Below, piece after piece: positions 46,102-56,242 of a stretch of DNA of 64,000 nucleotides. Position 1 is the stretch's first letter; every line of letters begins with the position of its first letter. This DNA is from Mayamaea pseudoterrestris (Eukaryota). Below the pieces are notes generated by a model. The model saw only the letters and a program-made list of their open reading frames with translations. It searched no databases and was not told the origin of the DNA. The position numbers and the translations under genes are program-made. Location: NCBI GenBank assembly GCA_027923505.1, contig BROI01000002.1, positions 992,001 through 1,056,000 on the forward strand, written 5' to 3'.

Positions 46102-46944
46102 AAGGTGAAAGGACTACGCGTACGCCGAAGGCTTCATAATCTTGTATAGTTGATGACTTTACAGTTAATTGATTGCTGATTGTAGATACTCCTATCGTAC
46201 TGTCGTCTCATTTGCCAGTCATCTTTGGTCGACATGTCGGAACGCGCCTCGTACGCAGAGCAACATGTCACGACAAACACTGGCAAAGCCAAGTGCAGTC
46301 ATTCCTTCTCGGAAGAGTCTCTCAATTTCTAATTTGACAAAAGCACAAGCCGAGTCGATTGAGTGTACTAAAAGTTTGCATTGATGAATCGGCTGTGTTT
46401 CGCCAGCCACGTTACTACTGGGTCTATGCTCAATGCATCGGCAACAGCGGCTTTCCAATTCTCGCACCAACACAACTCATTCTGACGACTAGCTAAAGAC
46501 CTGTACGTACTCATTAGCCGGTAATTATATTCAGACGCACAGCATTGCAGGCAAAAGCTCGCATATGCGTTTCCGTCGCGCCGACATCAGTCTAGTTACG
46601 GTACTGTAAAGACCACCTACATCCCTACAGCCATGGCATTCTTACTCTCGCGCATGTCTTTTAATCTTCGATGCAGATGTACGCGCAATTCAACTCGAAC
46701 AATAGATTGCATGCAATTTCTGAGTGCAGTGTCGACTAGTCGATCGTTAGCTTGACCACTTAACGCTGCTGCTACGTATCAAAAAGTATGACGATGCGAT
46801 TGCTGAATAATACTGGCGTCAGGTCGTATAAATACTAAATACGTATCAAACATTGTTACAATTACGCTCTGCTTCACAAAGAATTACTACGAAATTGCTT
46901 TATCATCCATCGCTTCGCTCCAAAACGCTGGAGCGTCGCGCTCC

Positions 46945-49900
46945 CTAGATACTGCCACTCGAATTTTCACTCAAGAGTGTCAAACCATCTTTGATCCATG
47001 GGGAACGCAGAGCCTGCGATACAGTCAAACGTTCAGTCGGGTCTGTTGTCAGTAAGCCACGGACGAAGGTCTGCGCGTTGGCCGTCAATTTCCCCCAATA
47101 CTTCTCGATCAAATCCAATTTTCCGCTTCGGATCTGATCCATACGCGCGTCAAAAGCTTCAAAGTTGATCCCAAAGGGGGGATGTCCATTCAGAATCAAG
47201 AAAATGCAGACTCCGAAGCTCCACATGTCACACTGGACGCCATATTTCGGATAGACATTCAACATTTCTGATGCGACAGGAACCAATTTTGTTATGAGAC
47301 AGTAAACACAACGACGATAGACAGATGCTGATGACGATTACGAACCTGGGCTAATATAGTCGACCTCTCCACACAGAGTCGTTAGGGAATTTGAAGAATC
47401 AACAACCTTAGCAAACGAGAAGTCTGAAATCTTGACTTGCGTAACATTATCCACAGCAGCACAAATGAGAGAGGAAGCCGAGAGACTGCGAATGGCAATA
47501 TTTCGTTCGTGACAATACGCGATACCCTGCAAGCCAGATATCGCCAATTTGCAACCGTCTGTGTCCGAATAGCATCGCTCTTTTTTGAGATGATCAAACA
47601 CTTGAAAATTTTGACGGCCAGATCATGACCGAGTATACATAATCGGTTTCCAGAAAAACATCACTTGTCGGACAATTCCAGATACGTCAATGTCAGATAG
47701 CTTTTTCAAGCATTGCATTTCGGTGTGCATGCCCGTCGCATCAGTCCCCTTCAATGCGTTACGTTTAAAGCGTTTGACGACAAAAATCTCCTTCGGCTCC
47801 TTCGTAATGGCATCCTTCCTTGTCATCTTGCACTCGCACAGAACAAACGCTCCGCCTTCAACAACTTTCGTGGCCTCATCCATGCTATACAACTCATTGA
47901 AACGTTTGACGTTGGCCACAACGGGAGCGGCAGTTTTGCGTCGGATGCGCTCAAAATCCACTTCCCCACGCGGATTGGCTTTCATCGATTGTTGTGCCAC
48001 TGATAAGTTATTGACAGCCAAAGCTTCCATCTCCATCTTGAACCAATTGCACTCCAAAGCTTGTTTAGCCGTCGATCGATTTGCAAGTCTGTCCAAAAGC
48101 TTGCCGAGTAAACGGCGGACCTCTTTGGAACAACCGTTCGGCATGCGAAAGTTGCCCATGATAACCTTCTTTTCAATGTCATGATGTGTTGCCCCTCCGA
48201 AAGCCATGTCGCCGCTGAGCATCCAATATATGACCGCACCGGCACTGAAACAGTCTGCGAGCTCGTTATAGGCTCCTTCGTACACTTCTGCAGGCATGAC
48301 GAACAATTAAAGAGGAAAGTGTGAGTGCAGAAAAGCGTTAAGTATTTCAACACAAAGCGACGCAGTCGAATTGTGCTTACCAGGAGCGATGAAGCCAGAG
48401 GTACCACAAAGAGTAACCAAACAGGACGGCTCTGGTACTACCTTCGCAGATCCTAAGCTTGCGACCTTGATCGACGTTAAGTCGTCCTTTTTCTGAAGTA
48501 ATACTGTGCAGAAGAGGAAAAGACATGGTAAGCTACTTACCAAAAGCAGAAGCAATGTATTGAAACCAGCCTCCACATACTTGCTGCGAAGAACGAAATG
48601 GACGATTGAGTGACTGTTAAAGGTTGCCTAACTATCACAACGGCGTCAAAACCATTAGACACGCACCCGTTATTGGCTTGATGTCTCGATGCGCTATCTT
48701 TTCAGCGTGCATATATTCTAAGGCTAAAAACATCCCCTTCATCGCCTCTCGCGCGTCGCTCTCCGAGTATTCAGCCTTATCGCAGATGGATTTACCCAAA
48801 TCGCTTGCCGCCAATTCCATGACAAGGTACGGGTGCAAACAGTCGAAGCGACAATCGATTAGGCGTATAATATGCTGGCAACCACTGCATTGGCGCAAAG
48901 ATGCACACTCTCGACGCAAGGCGGCGACGTCGTTGAGGGCGACGGTCTGTTCATTATCGTATCCAAAATGGACTTTTACAGCATACAACTTTTTTGTCTG
49001 ATCAATCTCACATTCAAATACTGCGCCAAATCCCCCTACACCAAGCTTCTTGCGCTCGGTTTTGATGCATTTTTCGATGGCATCCTTGTTGACAAGACCG
49101 TCTCCCGAAGTCTGTTGCCGTTCTTGCTCATCAGTACCGCTAATGCTCTTCTGCCCCTGATTTATCAAAACGCCGATAAAGTTCTCGTACAACTGCTCGA
49201 GTCGCTCCTTGCTGCATGGCTCGCGCTTGCACTTCTCTAGCGTCGCCGTGCGGAGGTCAATGTTGAAAGTATTCGCTCCAAGATCAGCGTCCTTCTCTTT
49301 TATAAATTGGTGATTGAGCGCCATTATCGCGGTCATGCGTCGCTTGGGGTTGGCCATGAGAAGACCGGCCAAAAAAGGTTTGACATGTTTTGAGCAAGAA
49401 TCAAAGATCGTCGGATTGAACTTTAAATAGTTGCCCTTATACGTGTTCTCCAAAACCGTTTCGTCGTCATGGTCGCCGGTCGCCTGATATCCAGCAATTA
49501 GCACATATGCAACACTGCCCATGCTGTAGATGTCGCATTTCATATCGTATGTGCGGACATTCTGGAATTCAAGCATTTCCTGAAAGCAAACAAGAGTGCG
49601 AACGATTAAGAGTCATAATGTCAGTTGCATTCTCGCACCTTGTCAGTTACATTGGAAAACGTACCGGCGCCAGAAATCCAGGAACACCGCAAAGTGTTCC
49701 CCGTTTGCACTCGCGGTGACTGACAATGGAGGAACCAAAGCTTGCAAGTCTGACGTGCAACGAGTTGGACCCAGTCGCAGTCACTAGCAAACTCTCCATG
49801 TAAATGTTTCGATGATACATATTTCTAAACGAAACGAACGTGCGTGAGCCATTGCTTTCTCTCGACAATTGCAGGAATGAGACTCATGGAGCTGCATCGT

Positions 49901-50468
49901 TAATTCAACTTACCGATCGTGCATGAACTTTAGACCAGTCAAAGCGCCTCGAATGGCGTCACGAGCTAGCTTTTCCGAAATGTTTGGATGGGCCAAACCG
50001 TAGTCGATAAGATTTCCGTCAGGCATCCACTCAGTGAAAACGTGGCAAAACGCCCCCACTTGCTGCGTAAACAAAAATTGCACAATGTTCGTTCCAGCTT
50101 GCAACTGCTCCAGGTGCAAAAAGAGCATCATGATAAGTGGGAGTGAGACATCGATGGACGGTTATCGTCTCGTCACCGACTTGTACTTACGTTTTGAAGA
50201 TTCGTGACGTTGGCCATTAATCCTTGTCAGAGTTTGCGCTCTTCTTGTTGACGCGAATCTTCTTGATTGCGCATTTAAACCCGTCTACTGCACCGACGGC
50301 AAAATAAACGTTTCCGTACGTTGACTTTTCCTTTAATTCGTATTTCTGTTTCGCATGATCGATAGGGGGCTTGTGGTGAGCAGCCGAGGCCGAGGTGGAG
50401 CTATCATCATGCGACGCCGGTTCCGCCACAGCCGCTGCTGGAAGGCTTGGGAGTTTCTCATCGGCCAT
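46945..50468 (-). CDS. Multi-exon protein with three tandem CAMK-like (pseudo)kinase domains; contains apparent 1-nt frameshifts
   Basis: Three successive lobes ending TLCGVPGFLAP|EML, TLCGTSGFIAP|EVY and TLCGEVDYISP|EML, joined by about 6 GT-AG introns; start MADEKLP. Confidence 0.8.
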
Positions 50469-52519
50469 GTTTGTGATTAGAACGATTTCAATTTCCAAAC
50501 TTTCTCTAATAGTAAAAGAGATGAAGAGATAAATAAAACGAAAGGAGATGAGAACGGTGTATCAGAAAGGCTAGTCAAAAGACTCGTTATGATGTTCTTT
50601 ACAGCTCTGTAATCAGTTTCATCGCCCTCATATCACTCTCCGATTCGGCGCAATACATTCGAAATCATTCATCTATGTAGCATAGCAAAAGACCATGTGT
50701 ATGAATAATGACGAGAAGGTCATCATTGAAAACGAATGCGAAAAATCTGATTGCTTTTTCGCGACACACCTACGCCGTTGTCTTGCTTTGCAATAAGCAA
50801 AACTCACACGTAAACAGATGACGACTTGAATCGAATATAGCGACCGGTTGTTCGTGAGGCGGCAGCAGTGCTTTGTAATAAACAATCAAGTTCTGCTGCA
50901 AGGCTTCAAGGTCACTGCGGTTGTGTGCGCATTGCTGCTGCAACGCGAAGAGATAGTCGCACCAGGACTCAAACTTCCAATGCTTGTCGTACCGGTACAA
51001 AGGTACTTATGCGCCGCGCCGCGCCGCGCACCTCACGAATTCACAAGGACGCTGCGCCTGGTCTTGACCATGACGCAACTCTGAAGCATACCACTCGCAC
51101 GTTCTACACCACAAGTGCGGCGATGCATTGTAAAGTCAACTGCGTCGTTACTGCAATGGACGAGATTGTAGGTTTCAGTCGCTGCTCAAACACAATATCA
51201 GCGTCTCGCGTCTCACGTCTCACGGAATCTTAATCTTGCACATTGCACTGCTTGCTGCCTGTCATCAACTTAAAACGAAATGCGTGGCAGCTTTTCGGAG
51301 TATGTACATTGAAACATCATGCACAAAAGAAACTTAGGCAGTCCTTTGCAATAGCATTACAATAGCATCGTGGAAGGATATGTTTGTTGTCAGTATCGGA
51401 CGCCCGCCGGCTTATTGCGATTACGTTCATTGCGAATTGCGGCACCAAGCATTAAACACCCAAGAAACAACGAGAAGAAGCGACATCACAACTAAACCAT
51501 TCCGTTCAAGTTTCGGCAAGCAGCGTTTCCATCTGCGCAAAAGGATGTGACACATGATGTCGAGCCGAATTGCACCTAACACGACAATTGCACTTGGAAA
51601 CTACCGGTAATCTCACAAGTCAGTGTCAACCGTCGATGATGCCATGCTGCGCATTCAACGTTGCTTATTGCCTATAGTTTGGCCCATTGCTTGCCACCCG
51701 GGCCTCTCTTGCGGTCACCATTATCTCGCACCGGCTTCGACGAACGTCGTACTCAGTGAAGCTTGTCGGTACCATTGCATTCGACCCGTCACGGTCTTTC
51801 GAAAGTCATTCAATCTGCGCATGTCGGCAAAACATCAGAGTTTAGTTTCGAGAAAGCAGTTTTCATTTGAAACCTGCATGATGATGCGTAACAATGATAT
51901 TGAATGTTTGCTTTGTCATCAATCGTCAATTTAACAAGCAAGTGAGGCCAATACAAAACGTCGTAGAACATCAGTCACAACGTTTAGATAGCAAAATCTC
52001 TACACTTTTATCGCTTGGAAAACTTTCGACCTTCCGATGGCCGCTCAGAAAGGTGTAGACTTGATTGGAACGAGGCTGGGCCAAGGGCCAATCCCAAGCC
52101 CCGGCATCATCGCAACATATCGCAATCGATGCCCTTGCTGTTCTTCAGACGTTTCTATACGGTCCCAAGTTAAACAGCGCTAGGAATGATCATGTGTGGA
52201 TTGCATGCGGTCATTTTAAGCTCAAGGTGTGATCATGTGGAGTGTGGTCGACCCAAGCAAGACCAGCAAACATGCGTGGCGATGGATTTGCGTCGTCCGT
52301 GAACCGTGAACCCCATGTCCATGAGTCACCATCTCCTTTGGTTCATAATGCGAAGCTCAACGGCTACAATAAGACTGGTATTGACCCCTTCATCCGCGTT
52401 GATATGTTATGATGTCGAGTTGTCAAGCTTACAATGGGGCATCCATGTCTTTCACCATTGACTGTGACGAGCAAGCGCTCACATGGCAAGCTGTGCGCGC
52501 AAAGCCACATGATAATGTT

Positions 52520-52900
52520 CGTCAAAAGGCAATAGTACGAAACGAGTGCCAGTGTCAATTACGTCATTAGGCAATAGTACGAAACGAGTGCCAGTGAAAA
52601 CTGCGTCATAAGGCAATAGTATGAAACGAGTGCCAGTGTCAATTACGTCATAAGGCTTTAGTATGAAACGAGTGCCAGTGAAAACTACGTCAAAATATGA
52701 GATTGTACGAAACGAGTGCCAGTGAAAACTGCGTCACAAGGCAATACTACGAAACGAGTGCCAGTGAAAACTGCGTCACAAGGCTATACTACGAAACGAG
52801 TGCCAGTGAAAGCAGCGTCAGAAGGCAATACTACGAAACGAGTGCCAGTGTCAATTGCGTCATAAGGCAATAGTATGAAACGAGTTTTAGTGTCAATTCT
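52520..52900 (+). repeat. Tandem array 3 of the 42-bp unit (9 units)
   Basis: GAAACGAG at 52539, 52581, 52623, 52665, 52709, 52751, 52793, 52835 and 52877. Confidence 0.95.
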
Positions 52901-53033
52901 AAATGAGTACAATAGCCTTTAAGATGCTGATTGTCGCTTTGGCTTGCCACCCTTCGACGCACACTTCCAATCCCACACGTTTTCATTTCCTAGACCTTCG
53001 ATCGACATTACTACTATTGCATCAACTTCAGCC

Positions 53034-53540
53034 ATGGTGATCTACGATTACTCGAAATTGCGCTGCACGTGAAAGTCAATGACATTGGTGGAGAAGTCCA
53101 TTTATGCCGCCCGCAAGCGTGAGCGTGCTGCTGCTGCAATTCACTCTGCTGACGATGACACTGCCACCAACCTCGTTTCTCCCGAAGAAAAAGGAAGAGG
53201 AAGGGGAGTTTTTGACGAGGAGGAAGACGGATCCGCCGAGGATAAGGCGTAGTAAGTGGCCGAGCCGAAACACTTGTTCAGACAAACAACAAAGCAGGTG
53301 CGAGCCCTGTCGAAGGCGGCGGTAACTCTCGAAGAAGCTGGATTACCTTTGAATTTTGATGCAATCATCTTTGGAGCCACAGCTGCTCCTCCTGCTCAAG
53401 CTGCCGGCATGCTTACCTGCTCCGGTAGCTGTCGCTGGTACGCCTTGTCCGATTCCTCGCGCACCAGCCACGCGTCGAGTTGCTACGTGAGCTCATGCTC
53501 GCATGTCCATAGTGATGGAAACCAAGCGATTGACGGATGA
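53034..53540 (+). pseudogene. Putative pseudogene/relic ORF interrupted by in-frame stops
   Basis: One frame reads MVIYDYSKLRCT*KSMTLVEKSIYAARKRERAAAA...DEEEDGSAEDKA**VAEPKHLF...EEAGLPLNFDAIIFG; protein-like composition; no family recognised. Confidence 0.4.
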
Positions 53541-54249
53541 AGGCGATTTACCTCTTCTACCTTTTTGTATAGAGAAAAGAAGACCTACTCTAACAGCGTA
53601 TAAATTACTATAGTGCGAACGATTACAAAAGGTTAGATTCTGCATGAGCTTAAAACGACTTGACAACGACAACTTCCTCATGCTCGTAGAATGTTGTAGC
53701 AACCTCCAAATCAGATTCCATATCAGAAGCGCTATTTGAAATATGCTTTTGTTTCAACATGGAATTAATCTTCCAGCCTCGAACTGCTCCTCTGTTTAAC
53801 AACTTGCGATCGCCTTCGCTGCTCCAACGCAGGTTTGTACCCTCGCGTTTCGTCGCTCGCTATACTCCCACTTTGATCCCATTGAAGTAACTACCATCCA
53901 GCTCATTGTCACTAGTATCCCGAACCGAACATACTCACAGAATCACGTCGGTCACTTCATTTACATAACGATGCACTTTAAACCAATTCACTCCCGAATT
54001 GTCAACAAAAACATTCAACGAGGCCAACTTTGTTTTCCTCTGCAACGCAAGCCTGTTAGGCTCAATTGTTTTACTGTTAATGCAACTTGCATTACGTCGA
54101 CGCTGTCGGAGCTGTTCATACATGTACAGTATGCTCGACCGAATTTTTCTCGCTCATTCAATGGGGCACATATCGCCTTGTGATAGCAAAGTTATCGAGA
54201 TAAGACAATCATGGCCAAGATCAACACCAAAAGCCAAATATAGGAAGCC

Positions 54250-55962
54250 TTATGCGTTTTCGTCCACGAGCAGTAAAGCATGCACCTTGGTGTCGCGCTT
54301 CAAACTCAGTTGTGATAAGTCGTACGGCGTATATCCTTTTTCATTTTTGTGCCACTTGCCTTCTGGATATTGCCGGCAAAGATACTCAATTACCGCAAAG
54401 TCAGTGTTAATGCGGTGTATCAATAGCGTCAAATGAAGCGGTAGATTGCCGGCTGGATCGGGTGTTTCTACACTCTTGGACGAAGCCTGCACGAGCCCTT
54501 CAATGGAAGCAAAGCCGAGCCGAGCCTTGATTGCCAGATGCAGCGGCAAATAACCCTCTTCGTTCTTCATATCGCAAACGGCAGGAAACTTAAATACGAG
54601 AAACTTGATGACATCGACAGGAGCTTCCGTATCGCACGCGTGGTGCAGCGCCAAATTCCCGTCACGGTCAGGCAGCTCCAAAGCCTTTGTATAGCGCTTT
54701 ACCAACAATTCCACCGTCTCAATTGATGCCTTTGCCATGCAGGCAACATGCAAAGGTGTTCGCTTGGCTGGATTTTCCGCCTTGACATGCGCCGGCTGCT
54801 TGTCCACGAGAAACGACACGACGTCGAACGGTGCGCGGTGGGTGCATGCATAATGCAAGGGCGTCCCGACAAAGTTGTCCGTCTCTTTCAATGCATCTGG
54901 GAATGCGTCGTAACAAGCCTTGACCGTCGGAAGTTGTGCACGGACCGAACATAACATGCTTAAAGGGTAAACCTTGCAGTGCATGTCATCAAACTTGAAT
55001 TGCCTGGAACAAAACCCAGGAAATGACTGAATGAGAGTGAACACACCGGCGTTATCGAACGAGCCCTTGTCCCATGTGTCCAAATTTAATAAACGATATA
55101 ATTTCTCCTCTGGAGTCTCGGGTTTGGCAGGAGGCAAGGGCTTATCGAGAGGGGCTGACACTGTCGGTGTAACCCGAGTAGTTTCGTCAGCAGGACTTTC
55201 GCTGGTTTCGTCGTCAACATCCTTTGTTTTCTTCTTGCGCTTTTTCTTGTTTTTCTTCTTGTATTTTTTCTCGCTTGCAAGTGTATGCTTGTCTTTTTCC
55301 TCGGCATTGCTAATTGATGCATTTCCATCCGCTGCCTCCGCGCTTGTCGACGTTTTCACTTCCGTCAAAAGATGCCCGTCCTGTTCAGCGTCGTCTTCAT
55401 TGCAATCTTTTAAATCTAATTGATATGTTCCCGGTTGCTTCAAATCATCTTGCTCGTCTCCAGGGTGTTGATTCTGGTCAAAATCGTCTTGGTTTTTGCC
55501 AAGTGCATTTTCGCCGTCGGCATCTTGGTTGTCATCCTGACCAGCACCAGTTGACTGTTTCTTCATCTCGAAAGCTTGCATCCTGCTCGTGGCATCGACC
55601 ATTGAATTCGTTCCGTCAATACAGTGCGTCTTGGCGCTGTCAACAATCGAGACGAGATGACTCTCATGCTGCAAGTCCTTTACCGTTGCTTCTTCCGTCG
55701 TTGCACCTCCGGTCTCACAGTCAGTCGATCGTGTACCGGTGGCAGCAGATGCTGCATCTGCATTCGACGTCATTGTTGTTGTTGCTATTGCAGTGTCGGA
55801 TGATGATCCATTTTTGGAGGCAACCTGACTGTCACTCGCTAGCGCTGATGCGATACTAACAGCTTCCTGCTGCTGATGCGTCTTGTCGGATGATGTGCCT
55901 TTCCTGTTCGGCGTACCGGTAGCCGATGATGGCGGCATCGGCTGAGAGGATCCACATCCCAT
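54250..55962 (-). CDS. Ankyrin-repeat protein with N-terminal myristoylation/palmitoylation motif
   Basis: Starts MGCGSS; disordered acidic/basic linker; GTPLHYAC, RTPLHVAC, GNLALHHAC, GYLPLHLA, GNLPLHL, GYTPYD. Confidence 0.88.
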   Translation of the reverse strand: MGCGSSQPMPPSSATGTPNRKGTSSDKTHQQQEAVSIASALASDSQVASKNGSSSDTAIATTTMTSNADAASAATGTRSTDCETGGATTEEATVKDLQHESHLVSIVDSAKTHCIDGTNSMVDATSRMQAFEMKKQSTGAGQDDNQDADGENALGKNQDDFDQNQHPGDEQDDLKQPGTYQLDLKDCNEDDAEQDGHLLTEVKTSTSAEAADGNASISNAEEKDKHTLASEKKYKKKNKKKRKKKTKDVDDETSESPADETTRVTPTVSAPLDKPLPPAKPETPEEKLYRLLNLDTWDKGSFDNAGVFTLIQSFPGFCSRQFKFDDMHCKVYPLSMLCSVRAQLPTVKACYDAFPDALKETDNFVGTPLHYACTHRAPFDVVSFLVDKQPAHVKAENPAKRTPLHVACMAKASIETVELLVKRYTKALELPDRDGNLALHHACDTEAPVDVIKFLVFKFPAVCDMKNEEGYLPLHLAIKARLGFASIEGLVQASSKSVETPDPAGNLPLHLTLLIHRINTDFAVIEYLCRQYPEGKWHKNEKGYTPYDLSQLSLKRDTKVHALLLVDENA

Positions 55963-56242
55963 GGTTGCAGTGACAATCTGTTATTTATACTCGCCGAGTG
56001 GCAGGTGAGGGACTGGATGGTACAAAAGTACAAAAGGAATGAGATGTTATATATTATGATCGGATGGAGTCGCGTTGCTTCTCGCGTGAGGGCTAACAAG
56101 ACCAAGAATCACGCGATCGTGTTGGGCGTTGGGCGTGACAAAAAGTCGCACAAAGACTCAGCTTCCGTCTTTTCAATGCCGCGACCATTTCCGTCCGCGC
56201 GATTGCCGCTCACACAAATTGCAAGAACACCACGCTCGCACC

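Noticed and set aside
48575..48590. 3-nt micro-exon (cag|CAA|gtatgt) within a kinase intron
   Set aside because: Skipping it gives HRDIKPITVLL, which aligns without a gap to HRDxKPENxLL, so inclusion is not needed. Only RNA-seq could show it.
30770..52900. The 42-bp arrays as CRISPR or TIGR-like guide arrays
   Set aside because: Variable segments are only 7-8 nt and reuse a few related alleles rather than being unique spacers. No cas or Nop-domain gene is nearby, and the context is a eukaryotic nucleus.
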